A DNA stretch of 61,964 nucleotides, counting the filler. It is 13 parts of 13 records of this genome, joined end to end, with 100 filler letters (N's around TTAATTAATTAA, not from the genome) between each part and the next. Parts side by side here need not be neighbours in the genome. Positions count along the whole stretch, not along the records: positions 1 to 7,071 come from SRR7504441_10213; positions 7,172 to 11,728 come from SRR7504441_10215; positions 11,829 to 16,045 come from SRR7504441_10221; 10 more parts are not named here. One strand, written 5' to 3'. Shown here piece after piece: positions 1 through 12,119 of the stretch. The notes below the pieces were generated by a model. That model made no database searches and was not told the origin of the DNA. It saw nothing but the letters and a program-made list of their open reading frames with translations. The translations under genes were made by a program, and so were the position numbers. How positions within the stretch are numbered: position 1 is the stretch's first letter; each line of letters opens with the position of its first letter.

Positions 1-313
1 CTTACGCTCTAACCCGGATACGACTTACGCCGCCTCTCAGCTACTAGGCCCATGACTAGGCCACCTTGGAAGGCAGGTCAACGCCGTATCACGGCCGTAT
101 GAAGTTGAGTCGTCCTTCCAAGACCATACATGTACGTAGTTGGAAACCCAAAGTCAACTTTTGAACCCGAGACTCTTTTCCTTTTTTGAACCTTCGCATT
201 GAATGCCAAAGGGGCACCTCTGCATTCGTATAATTAATTAATTAATAATATGCATGTATCAAAGCCAGCGCCGCTCAAGCCCAATGTCATACTATGCTCG
301 GTTTTTAGACTAA

Positions 314-3300
314 TCAATCAAGTCCTTGTGTCGACCAATTCGCGTGCAGTCGCATGAGTGAGCCCTTATCGTAGCACGAATCAATCTCTGCCTGGGGTAT
401 CCCTATGCTAGACAGGTGCCTTTTCAGCTTCATGAATGAGAGGCTCGTCAGATGCTGATCCGCTGGATCACCGTCCACAACAGCCTGGAGCTCTCTGTTG
501 TACGAATCGTTGGACTGCTTGATCAGATCGGCCGAATCGTCTAGCCAGGCCGTTTCTCCAGTCTCTCGGGCCCGTTCCTGCTGGAGATAAAGCGCGGTGT
601 TGCTAGCGACAGAGATCACCAGCGAGATGTCATTCAGCAGCCGCTGGAGCAAGTGCATTGGTCGCTTGACGGGACACAGCGGGTTGCGGACCCCTGACTT
701 GCCAGCACTGCAGTGGAATTGGAGCTCAGTCTCGTTCCAATCCTCGAGCATGAAGTCGCACAGCAGCTTGCACCGCTCACCAATCTGCTTCTGCATCGTG
801 CGCATCTTGACCAGCAAGTCCTGATGAGGCGCAGTCTCTCTCTCAATCCACGCCTTGAAGTTGTCCGGCCGCTGTAGGAGGTCAAAGTCGGCCGCTTCGA
901 TCTCGGCAACGGCATCATTCAATTGTCTGAGCACTTGCTCAGCTACGTCGATAGCTTCCTCGGCCTCCCAGATATCGATCTCCCCCACCGGAATGTTGCC
1001 GTGTTGGCTGCCTTGCATTTGGCTGTCGAGTTCGACCAGCTGCTTGGGATCAAACCCTTCAAACAACGGGTCATCCCACAAAACATCAAGAACAGCCTCG
1101 AGCGCAGCGCTTGTACCAGCCGGCCGGTTTTCACTGTCATCATTGCCATCATGCAGCCTCTCCTTTAGAGCTTTCATGTCGCCACCACTGAGGCGCTGCG
1201 CGTCTGGGAAGCCATCGGGGCCAAGAAACATCAGAAGTCCAAGCTCGCGGTTTCCACTTGCTCGAGCAATGGTTCTATAGCCGTACCGAAAAGGCTTGGT
1301 AAGCCGCTGGTACCGGCTTGAAGGATCGTCGTAGATCGGATCGCCTTTCTGCAACGCGTTGCACCAATTTGAAAATGCGAGAAGGCCTCGGAGCAGACAC
1401 GTCAGTGATCGGCTCTGCATGATACTATCCGCCGCTTTCACCACCCGGCGCATTCCTTGCAGGCCCTGTTGGACAGCTGCAAGTGTGCTGGGCATTTCTG
1501 CACAACTCAACACTCACAATGGACAAAACAGGTTGCACACCGTTCACTCGTTGAATGCATTCGAGCCGGGCCTTGGCATCGGGCACCTGCATCAAGTAAA
1601 GCATGGCTCTCTCCACGGCATTCGGCGTCGGCATCTTGTCGATCACATTGGGGTTGTTGTCGTCCCACACCCAGCCAAGCTCGGCCACCTCCTCCGGGCT
1701 GACTTCTTCCTCGGTCCCCTCTAGGACGTGATTGTAGTTCGGATAGAACATCTTCTTGAGGTCTTCATCCTCCTTGAAGTCGATCAAGCCTTGCCCAGGA
1801 ATCTTCTCCTTGCCAACCTTTGGACACATTCCACTAACTGTGGCAATGGCCTTGGGATCAGAGGTAAAGCGATGGTCCATAGTCAGCAACGCGTCCCGGA
1901 GCTCAAGACTGAGCGCGTCGCTAAAGTCGCTACGAGACAGGTGTGAATGGGTCTCTCTCATGTCTCTGCCTATCATGCTAAACATCCTGCCCCACCTTGC
2001 TAGCCGCTACCAGGCCGCCCGGGGGCACCGTGCATGCGCCATCTGCATTTCGATGGCCTTGTACCGAGGTTCGGCCTGGGCCTTGAGAGCCTTGACCTTA
2101 ATCTCTGGTGACACCATCTCAAGATGGTACGTGTAAACTGGGCCCTTCTCGTTTCGGTCCTCCACTTGAATCTCAAAACGATGAATCCTGAGCTGCTCAG
2201 GCGCATTCTTGGAAATCAAGACGATTTTTTCGGTTTTGTTCAGAGGGCCTTGCATCATTTCGTAGGGCTTCAAGGCTATAATCTTGTCTTCATTTTTCGG
2301 ATCGGGTCCGAAGGGCCGAACTGTGACATAGGCATCTTTCTTTTGCGTTGTCACAGATATTGCAGTGGTTTGATCTTGCTTCTCTGGATCACCTTGTTCA
2401 ACAATCTTGACGGAACAGCTATCGGTCGAAGCATCAAATTGGAATCCTAATGCAGACCTGAAGGCAATTTCTAGAATAGACGCATCTGCTCCTTCGACAT
2501 CTGTGTCCTCTTCACCTCCAAACGCGTAATATCTGATCATTCTCGCATTTTCTTTGAATCTTAGCCAAAGTAGCTCAGAATACTTTTTGAACTCTGGCCC
2601 TGGGTCCCCTTTGCCCTTGCCTCCTTTGCCCTTGCCTCCTTTGCCCTTACCTCCTTTGCCCTTGCCTTTACCCTTACCTCCTTTACCCTTGCCTCCTTTA
2701 CCCTTGCCGTCTTTGCCTTCATCGATTGTTGTCAAGATGGTGGGTGTAATATGTCGGACTGCCAGCGATTGCTCTGCCTTCCAGATTTCAATTTCAAAGT
2801 CAAGTTCTGCCCGACTGGCGTCCGAGCCGCCAGCAGCTCTGTACATCAGGGTCAATACATCCCTGCATTTGTTCAGCATCTCGTTCGCAAACTGATACTC
2901 CTGGGTCGACAGGCGAGCTTGTTCCTGCAGCAAAGTCCTTGAAGCCTTGAGAGCGTCCAGCAGATTTAATTGCTGAAGGCATTCATGCAGTCGCGCCACG
3001 CGCTCGAGCTCCTGCTCTGCTGGGAGGTGGTCACTCACTTGCTGGACGATGCTTTCGTAGAACCAAGTCCAGTACTCTGGGTCAATGTAACAGTCCCCAC
3101 CGCCGCTGGATCCAGTTTCGAAGATCCTGTCCACCGACTGATCTCAGCCACTAGGCGTTAATATCTAGGATTGTTTCACCCAGCAGTCAAGACGATTTGC
3201 ATCCCGGCAGTTCTAATCCTCTGGCCAGTTTTAAAGTCCTGTTGCATTCTCGAGCGCTGAGTCTGAATGTGTGCACTAATAGGCGCACTCGGATCCCCAA

Positions 3301-6300
3301 CCAATGCCTTTTGTGCATCAATCACCTTTGCAAGATTATCAAGGGCTATTCTCGAAGCACGCTGCTGTAGTGCATTTGGCAGATCCTCGATCCGCTTCAA
3401 CTCTCCTGTGAGATCATGCAAGCCATACAGGCTATCTTCTGCATCGGCAGACATCGAAAAGCCCTTTGAAGCTCCAGGCATATACGTCCAGAACTGCGTG
3501 TATGCAGCCCTGTCCCAAAGCGTCAGCCCACTGGTGGCTCATAGAGCACCCGGGAAGTTGGTGGAGCTGCTTCCCTTCCGGCCAGTGCCGCTCCACAGTG
3601 CCGCTAATGGCACCTCGCTTTCTCTTGAAGGGCTCACCTGGATCAGAAGCAAGCTCCTCGTCGATTGTGGGCCACTTGTCTGGCTTCACGTCTTGCAAAG
3701 TCAAGACTGTGATGTTGAGCAGGTCCTGGTTGACGTCGGCTTGTTTGGCCACGCTAGACAACTCTGGACGGAGAGACTCGGGAGTGCTAAGCCACTCGAC
3801 TGCAAACTTTTCTGCACCCACCTAAGTTACTCGCAAGCCAAGGACAACAGAAAGACCGGCGCGAAAGGGGTTAAAGCCAGCACGCCGATGGAGAGTTTGA
3901 TCCAGCGTAACACGCACACTTTCAAACTCTTTCTTGCGCCTTGAATCGTTCCAAACAGTGAGAATCTGCCTACACAAAAACCCACCCGGTCAATGAAACA
4001 CCACATGCACTCGATACCTGTCCACACGGCTCAGCTGCAGCATCGATATATCAGGTGTAGCCCAGGCCAGCTTTAGATCCACACCTGCTCTGTCCTGCAA
4101 GATCTTCTGTTCAAGCGCGGCCTCTCGCTGGGCTCTAGCCGCAGCGTCCTCAATCTTCTTTTGCTCTCTGGCCTTGGGCTTGATCAGACACTTAATCGCG
4201 AGAGGCAGAGCTTCAACAGTCTCAGGGTTATGATCCGCGATAATGTTGCCCATGACTGTGTTGGGTTCATCCTGCGGTGTCTGTATCCCCTTGGCACCCC
4301 ACCCACACTTGGGACAGTGAGGGAACGTAGTGCCGCTCCAGAACCGCTCGGTCGGGCAGTCCACGACCCCACGAGCCATTTCAGCCACTTCCTGGAAAGC
4401 AATGAAATCGTGACAACTGAAGGGCATCCGCTCCGGCACACCCTCCGCCTTCTTGCCTTTCTTCTTGCCTTTCTTCTTCTTTTTCTTCTCTTCTTTCTTC
4501 AAGTGACAAACTGAATCGCGCAAAACCAGGAGTACTCCGGCACGTTCGCCAATGGGCACGACTACAGCGTCGGTGAACGGGTTCTCTGAATCCTCACCAA
4601 AGCTGTCAATCACTGGATCGAAAGATTCATGCCCGTGCAGGTCATTTGTAAGCACTGGTCGCCTCTGTTGGGCTACGAGTCCCACGAGCCCAGCGCAATC
4701 AAAAGTCTGGCCAACCGCTCCAGGTATTTCGAGCTCCTTGGCGACCTTTGGGTCCTCTCTGTTGCTGTAGGCTGCGAGCCGTTGCAACTGGCTCCCCTCG
4801 GACACCACCTTGTACAGCACAACAGTCTGCTTAACGGGGTCATCGTCGCCATGTATCGGGTTGAGCACACAGGTCTCCTCCAAGATCGTCGCGAGTATCT
4901 GAGGCGAGGCGACTGAAGAGGGCTTCTCAAGAACGTCCTTAAAGTATTCCGGAATAGGGCCCAGCCCCGGCCCGCCAGCTGGCTCCTTGGACAGCTCTTC
5001 GATTTGCTGCTCGTACTTGGCCCTTTGATGCTCCAGCTGCCGCTCGAATTCGCGCCGCTCCTGATCGAATTTAGCCGCCTGGCTCTTGAGTTTTTGCTCC
5101 CAACCCCACGGGGACCTGCGGGTGAGCGCATCGCACGTGTTCTGCATCCGGCGCAATGCGGCCTTCAGGCTCTCCACGTGTGCCGCCTGCTGCTGTATAA
5201 TCTCGTCCTTGTCGCGCAGCTGCTGTTCGAACTCTTTGTACAGCATCTGATACGCCTTCCCGACAAGTTTGATCGACTCAAGATCGAGCTCAAACGCCTT
5301 CACAGGCTCGTCGCTGCCGCTAGGGTTGGCGTGCTCTACGACGAGCGATCTGAGCTGGGCCAGCAAATTGAGCACAGTAGCGCGGTTATAACCGTCTCTA
5401 GACAATACGGCCTCTACATGCGCCTCTGCGTAGCTGGAGAGCACTGCACGCACAATCATCTGGATGTGTTCCTCGACCGCCCAGCAGAGCTGAGCATCGT
5501 CCGGCACAGGACCCTGCCTGTCGAGCATGTCTCCCGACCAGATCGCCTGCTTGTGCGCCTGCGGCCACTGGACGAGTTGTTCTTTAATTGTTTGGTCCAG
5601 CTCGTTAGTCAAGAAGCTGATCCCATCTAGCAGCCCCATCCCAGCCAGCCGGTCCCACAGCGCAGCTTGCTCAACCGGGTCCGAGTGCTGCCTAGGCAGC
5701 CTGTGTACGAGCATCAAGGCGCGCGCGCAGCTGATCACCCCCGACGACGGGTTGATCAGCACTCGAACCAGCCAGCCGTATGCTGGGTCATTGCTGGCAA
5801 CCTTCCCGTCGTGAATGCCTCTTGTGCGCTCAAACATGTGATTAATTGGGTCGTGAGTCTCAGGTTGGTGCCACATTGCGAACAGGAGCTCGAATATAGT
5901 GCTATTGGCATTCCAGACCAGCTGCAGCTCACTCTCGCCACAGAGCTGCGGGGGACAGTAAGCCGAGGCGACTAGAGCCAGATCAAACAAGCCGCCTGGG
6001 CCTGTCTGCTCCACCAGCAGCCGCATCACCCTAGCGCTCTTCCGGGCCAAATGCGATAGCACAGTGACCAGGCTGCACCGCATCCACAGACACTCCGCAC
6101 TAGGCCGTTCCCTCGACGGGAACCCATACCGCTCGGTCGCCCGGAGCTCCTCAAACAAGCAAGTCACCCCGCCGAGCGCAACGAACTCGTTGGCGTCTTT
6201 CTGGCTCCACTGCATGGAGGATTGGTGTTTCTCGAGCCATCTGGTCAGCTCGCTCGGCCGGCTCGGGCTGTCTACCAGCGGATTAGTCAACGAGTCCACA

Positions 6301-6899
6301 AACTGCCGGAGTGCCAGCAGCCGAGGCTGCCCCAGCCGGCCAGAGTGACGCTGGATCGTATCCCGGTAGTACTCGGGCATGCCAGGCATCCGGAATCTGC
6401 GGTACAGTTGTCCGGCGTGCGAGAGCTTCTTGCTACGGGCAACACAAATCTGCAAGGCAGCCTCGCGCAGCTGATCCACCGACCAGCCCTCGTACTCCTC
6501 AGGTCGGATAGGCGGCAGCTCCGTCTCGGCCAGGCCCGGCCACAGCGCGGTCACCTGCTGGTCGGTATACCCGGGCAGCCGGCTGGCCTCCACCGCCCAG
6601 CGCGCCTGCTGCTCGGCCAGCTTGCGTCTCTCGTTCTCCTTGTAGCCCGCCTCGAGCAGCCCGCGCTGGGTGGCCTCGTCCAGCTGGCGCAGCTTGGGCA
6701 GCATCCGCGGATTAGTCTCAGTCCACAACGCCTCCAGCTCGGCCGACACCTCGCCCGGGCCCAGCGCGGCCACCAGCCGCCGGATCTCGGCCTTGCCCAG
6801 CGCCTCGACCACAGACGTATCCAGCAGCGCCGCCTGCCGCACAAACGTCTGCTCCCGCTGCAGCCGCCCCGTCGACCCGCTGCATGAGCTCAGGTCCAT
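314..6899 (-). CDS. Divergent formin (~2100 aa): GBD/FH3-like N-terminus, coiled coil, GAF domain, Gly/Lys repeat, FH2 domain; 6 exons; start could lie further upstream
   Basis: Five ORF-track pieces join in frame via GT-AG introns of 48, 45, 40, 53, 42 and 43 nt (e.g. 4017-3970, 3856-3812; one short exon is absent from the track, giving 7 exons if counted). FH2-like motifs ERAMLYLMQVPDAKARLECI and VVKAADSIMQSRSLTCLLRGLLAFSNWCN; FH3-like FVALGGVTCLFEEL; GAF-like GLVGLVAQQRRPVLTNDLHGHESFDPVID. Confidence 0.8.
2607..2718 (-). repeat. Coding low-complexity repeat (GKGKG)n inside the formin
   Basis: Tandem cctttgcccttgcct-type units on +, read as GKGKGGKGKGG on -. Confidence 0.95.
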
Positions 6900-7071
6900 C
6901 GCCGCGTTGTCCCCGTAGGCAGCACGAACACGCCTTGCTCTCTCGGAGCGGACACACAGCTGGAGCGGCAACGGACTTTTACTGGCAATCCACAAGGTAT
7001 GGACCCCCGGCGGCAACTCTCTCGTCTCTCTGAGCCCGAGCCTGAGCACGGGCGGCAGGCGATGGTGTCGG

Positions 7072-7171
7072 NNNNNNNNNNNNNNNNNNNNNNNNNNNNN
7101 NNNNNNNNNNNNNNNTTAATTAATTAANNNNNNNNNNNNNNNNNNNNNNNNNNNNNNNNNNNNNNNNNNNN
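7072..7171. other. Artificial contig linker (first of 12)
   Basis: 44 N + TTAATTAATTAA (stops in all six frames) + 44 N. Same linker at 11729-11828, 16046-16145, 21086-21185, 24711-24810, 29539-29638, 32930-33029, 39430-39529, 45767-45866, 49092-49191, 53873-53972, 57447-57546. Confidence 0.99.
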
Positions 7172-7203
7172 GCAGCAGCAGCAGCAGCAGCAACAACAAC
7201 AAT
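7172..7203 (+). repeat. (CAG)n(CAA)n microsatellite at contig start
   Basis: gcagcagcagcagcagcagcaacaacaacaat seen directly. Confidence 0.9.
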
Positions 7204-7644
7204 AGCCACCTACGAGCACCTAAGTGGTTCTCTGTGTCAGAGCACTGCAGTATGTACTGAGTAAGTACTGCTACGAGTACCGAGCGTGTTCATACTCGTA
7301 CTCATACGGTTAGGGTTAGCGCGCACGCACCGATTGGCTTGACTAAACCAAATTTTAATGAATTGAAGAATCAACGGCGTGTACCTACATGCAATCCTCT
7401 AGAGCACAGTTGTAGGCTCCAGATATTTACTAGAATAAGCCCACCTTTACTACTGATGTTATTACTAGTCGCGCGATTAAGTCGCAATCGAAAGTAAGTA
7501 CGTACTCGTACGAGTATTCGGTCCCGTTCCACGACACAACTCTGTCTACCAGGAGCTTTCCTGTCGACAGACCAGGCTGCAGACTCATCACGCCTTGTGA
7601 GCTGAGATCCTCCTGTGGCTGCTCCCAGCCGGGGCCTGACCAGA

Positions 7645-8175
7645 TCATTGATACTGCGAACAGGCTCCTCAGCACGAAGCTCAGCGGGCGTGGGCACCTG
7701 GAAAATGCTCTTTGTATTGCGCGGCATGTTGCTCAGGTTGTGCTGGTGCCTGCGAGCACAGATTGCTCAGTGGGAGCCAGCGCACGCGTTGAGGGGGGCA
7801 GCCAGCAGACCAATTACGGCCAAGCGCCACGACAGACTGGGCGACAGCGCGCTTTTACTTTTGGTTGAGCAGCGGGTGTCGCCAGAACCCCTCCTTCTTA
7901 GTCGGCGCGGCCCACTGCACCGCCCTGGGACAGCCGGGTCGGGCCTCGGATTGCTGGGCGGACGCACTGGGCTTGCGCGTTGGCGTGGATCGTCTGGAGG
8001 CGCTCCAGGTCTGAGGCATCCCGGGCGACTGGATCCTCCTGCCTGCCTGCTGAGCCCTCCACGCGCGGGCGGATGGGCGCTAGGGCGGGATACCATGCAG
8101 GAGGCGATCCAGTTGCCGATCAGACCCTGCGCACACCCCCTCAACCCCGCTGCATGCACTGCTCGCACTGACCAT
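7645..8175 (-). CDS. Putative ~77-aa six-exon microprotein, unknown function
   Basis: Five GT-AG introns give MGLIGNWIASCMEDPVARDASDLERLQTIHANAQAQAVQWAAPTKKEGFWRHPLLNQKHQHNLSNMPRNTKSIFQYQ*. No homologue recognised. Confidence 0.45.
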
Positions 8176-8277
8176 GCCAGCGAGTCGCTCTCAACGGAAG
8201 ACAGAAAATCGAAAGCCTCTCCTCTGATTTGTCGTTGCGCTGCCAGACGCACCCAGCACTCGCGAGAGCAGGAGGCA

Positions 8278-11198
8278 ATGCAGAGCCCGGAGGTCTGCCT
8301 TTCTCCGGCCGCGGAGCCGTTTGCGGCGTACCACACCCTGTGCGAAGATGACATGCTGGCGTCTGCTGCCCGCAAGATGGCGGAGTGCCGTGCGGAGGCC
8401 AAGAGCGCCACCTGGGAGACCTACGACTCGCCCAAGACCCGGCGCAGGCACCCGGACGGGCAGCTAGGTCCGGCTCACGGCTGGGGATCGCAGGAACCAG
8501 GAGTTGGTGGGGACGCATGGGGAGAAACTCAAGGAGCATCGCGAGCGGATCGACAAGCACAAGATGTACCTGATGCATATCGCACAGGAGGCCGACCTGG
8601 TGAAGCACAACGAGGACCAGGTGACCAGAATCACTGGGCCTGCCACCTGCCGACGCGCAGCCGTAGTGTGCACCCGTGCTGTGCTGATCGCCGGCGCTTT
8701 GTGGGCTGGGAGCCCGTGCTGATGACTGGGGGGCTGCAGTCGAGCGTGCCCACCATCAACGCTGTGTCGAAGCGCATCGAGCGCAACGACCGGGTAGAAA
8801 ATGTGCTGATTGCGAAGGGGAAGGACTACGAGCAGCACATCGACGGACTCAGGCAGACCCGCAAGGTGTGTCCCGGCAGTGAGTGCGGTGCTGAGCTGTG
8901 GCGCAGGATGAGGAGGACGTGGACCTGCTGTTCTCGCCGCGGATCTGCGAGCAATCAGCCAAAAACATGGCCAACCGGTCGGAGCCAGTGCACAAGCGGC
9001 TGATCAGCTGGGGCAAGGTCAGCTCCTGCCGCTGCTTGTTACTGACTGGTGCCGGCTAGATGAAAGACCAGGAGCGCCGGCTGGCTAAGAACCGGCAAGA
9101 GGAGCAGGAGGAAAACCGCAAGAAGATGGAGCTCAACACGGCGGACGATGCCAGCCACCCGCACCACCTGCCGGACGGGACCAAGCTGGGCAACCGCGTG
9201 CAGGATGTGCTCGGGATCCACGCCAAGGGGACCGCAGTGCCGCCCGAGCACGTCCCAGTGATCAACAAGGCCTCGAGCGTCAAGCACCGCGAGTACCAAG
9301 ACTGCTTGGAGTGGGGCGAACAGCTCAAGAAGCAGAAGGAGCACGTCAAGGAGATGTTCGAGGAGAACGAGATGGCCAACCTGCAGGACCAGCCGACCAT
9401 CTCGGCCCGCTCCAAGAAGCTGGTGGCTAAGGACACTGAGCGCGACTCAATGCCGATCGAGGACTCGCTGCTTAAGCGCGGCGTGGAGTGCGTGCCCCCG
9501 ACTGTGTGTGGCTGAGCGACAAGTGTGGCAGGGCCAAGCAGCGCTTCAAGGAGAAGGCCGACCAAGAGTCGTACAGGGAGTGCCCGCACAAGCCGCAGAT
9601 CACCAACTACGCCGCCGGGCTGGAGCGTGAGGGCGACGTGAGCGAGAGGCTGTACGCCAAGTCGTTCGAGTACCGTGCCAAGAAGCAGGAGATGGTATGC
9701 ACACACTGGGGCCAGTTGCTAATTGGGGGTGGTTGCAGCAAGAGCATCAGATGCGAGAGATCCAGGATATGGCCGCCCGTCGGCAGCCGGGCTCTCCTCA
9801 GGCGTCGCAGTACTCCCCGCACTACCTGAACCCGGCAGAGCCGCTGGTCCCAATCGAGATCGACCTACAGCGACGGGAGCAGGAGCGGCAGGCTCGGCGG
9901 GAGCAGGAGCAAGAACTGCGCGAGCAGGAGGAGGCCCTGCTGCACTACCCAAAGATCAACACCATGTCAGATCTGATCGCCAAGCAGCTGCCAGAGGACT
10001 CAATTGAGCGGCTGCTCAAGCCACGGAAGGAGTACGTGTATGAGCAGCCTGTGGACACCAACCTGACCTTCCATCCTCGGATCAACGCCCGTTCGGAGAC
10101 TATCAATGCCGAGAAGGTGAGCTGCCTTGCTGGGTGCAGCTCGCTCAGTTCGATTTGCTGCAGGTGGCTCGTGGCGAAGCAGTTGACTACAACAGGAACG
10201 AGTATCTTTACTCCAAGGATGAGGAGAACAAGTTTAAGATGGAGCAGGCACGCAGACAGGCTGAACAGCGCGAATTGGAGCACTGCACCTTCCAGCCCAC
10301 CATCAATCGGAACTCAGCCAACATGGCACCAACCTCTGCGCACTCGGTCGTGACCCGGACCAACCAGTGGCAGAAGCAGCGGATGGCTCGGTTGAGGCAG
10401 CAACGGGAGGAGCTGGAGCAGAAGGAGAAGGAGGCGTGCACCTTTCAGCCCACCATTCGGGAGTACAAGAAACCCCGAAGCAAGGCAATTCGGACCAAGC
10501 GTGCAAGCACTGCTCAACACGCTGGGATCAAGGAGCACGTTGATCGGCAAGCCAAGGCTCGCAACCAGAGGAAGGAGATCGAGGATGTGCCGCGCGCTAA
10601 GGGCGACAAGTGGACAAACGAGGTCACCACTCCCAAGGAGTTCACCTTCAGCCACAAAATCAAAATTAAGTCTCTGGACCAGCCCATTCACCAGCAGAAT
10701 GCTGCCAAGGAGGCTGTGGACTCGATGCAAGCAATCACAGCACCAGACCACAACAGAGTGGGCACTGGATATGTCTCCTCCAGGCCCATGTCAGCTCATC
10801 AGGCGGCCACTGTCGCCTCGCAGCTTGATGGTGACATCTCCAAGGTCCAGCTTGGAGGCACTGTGAGCTCAGAGTGGGCCAAGCGTGCTGCAGAAAAGCA
10901 TGCAGCTGAGGAGGCCCACTCGCTAGCAGGCATGAGCTCTCCACGATACTATGCAGGTGATGCCCTGCACTCAGAGCACAGTGGCAAGACTCCTCGTGGC
11001 TTGCGTGGGGAGGACGCCTTCATTGAGCGCATGCGACAAGCTCGTGTAGACCGTGAAACCAAGGAGGCAGCTGAGGATAGGCTGGGCTCGGGGCTTGGAT
11101 ATACCGGGAAAGTAACCAAGCCGAAGGAGTTCAACTTCGCTTCAGCTAGTGTGCGGGTCAAGGCATTGAGCCAGCCTGTCTCTCCAATGCACCGCTGA
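8278..11198 (+). CDS. Charged coiled-coil protein with repeated (C)TFxPxIN and TxPKEFxF motifs, probably cytoskeletal
   Basis: Multi-exon model (one GC-AG, about six GT-AG introns); motifs ECPHKPQIT, LTFHPRIN, CTFQPTIN, CTFQPTIR, VTTPKEFTF, VTKPKEFNF. Function is inference from similarity to TPX2/FAM161-type short motifs. Confidence 0.7.
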
Positions 11199-12119
11199 GT
11201 GCCGCATGGTGTTGATAGAGTTGTGGTTGATGTTCACTTGTGACGTCTCGACTTGATCGTGAGGTTTCAATAGTAGCAGGGCCGGCTTGCGACCATTAGA
11301 TGACGTGAATGATCTGGATTGGAGACTGGCATTTCTGGCTAGCTAGGTTATTAATGATTGATTTTAATAGTACTGACATTTATACTGATTTTCATTGGGT
11401 CTTGGGAATATTATAATTAGGGGAATATCGTACGAGTACCCCAAAGCCGTAGCACACCAGCTCTTGCTCTAGGAATTCCTTACATGTACCGTACATGTAT
11501 AGTACATGTAAATGATGTAATACATGCACATTGCACAATACATGTGCATGTTCAGCCAGTTCAGGATCCAGCTAGCTAGCTAGCTGTAGCACGACCGGTG
11601 AGGAACGCGTTGAGGCTCTTCTCGGCGGACGCCTTGACCTGCTTCCGGCTGGAGCTGCTGCCACCCAGCTCGATCATGGGCAGCGGTTGCTCCATCGCCG
11701 GCCGCGGTATCCGCGTCACGCGGCCGAGNNNNNNNNNNNNNNNNNNNNNNNNNNNNNNNNNNNNNNNNNNNNTTAATTAATTAANNNNNNNNNNNNNNNN
11801 NNNNNNNNNNNNNNNNNNNNNNNNNNNNAATATGCGTAAGCTAGCAGCAAGGGTTAATTAAGAGGGCCCGCGCCCCCACCATAAGGCGGATACACAAAGA
11901 AATCGGGTTATGTGAGCCTTTAATAAGGCCCCGATTCTCTAACAAATGTACTTATATGCCTATACATACAAAGAATTGGCTTTATTACAGGATGTACGCA
12001 TAAAGCAATGTTTGAAGTCCACTCTTCGGTTGGTACACTGACTCTTACTATTCACTAGCTTGCACATGCACAAAATTGAGTCTTCCGAGGTGCGTGCACG
12101 GTTGAACATGACACTGAGA

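Noticed and set aside
2554-2895. Plus-strand polyproline ORF as an FH1 domain gene
   Set aside because: It is the antisense shadow of the GK repeat inside a continuous minus-strand formin frame.
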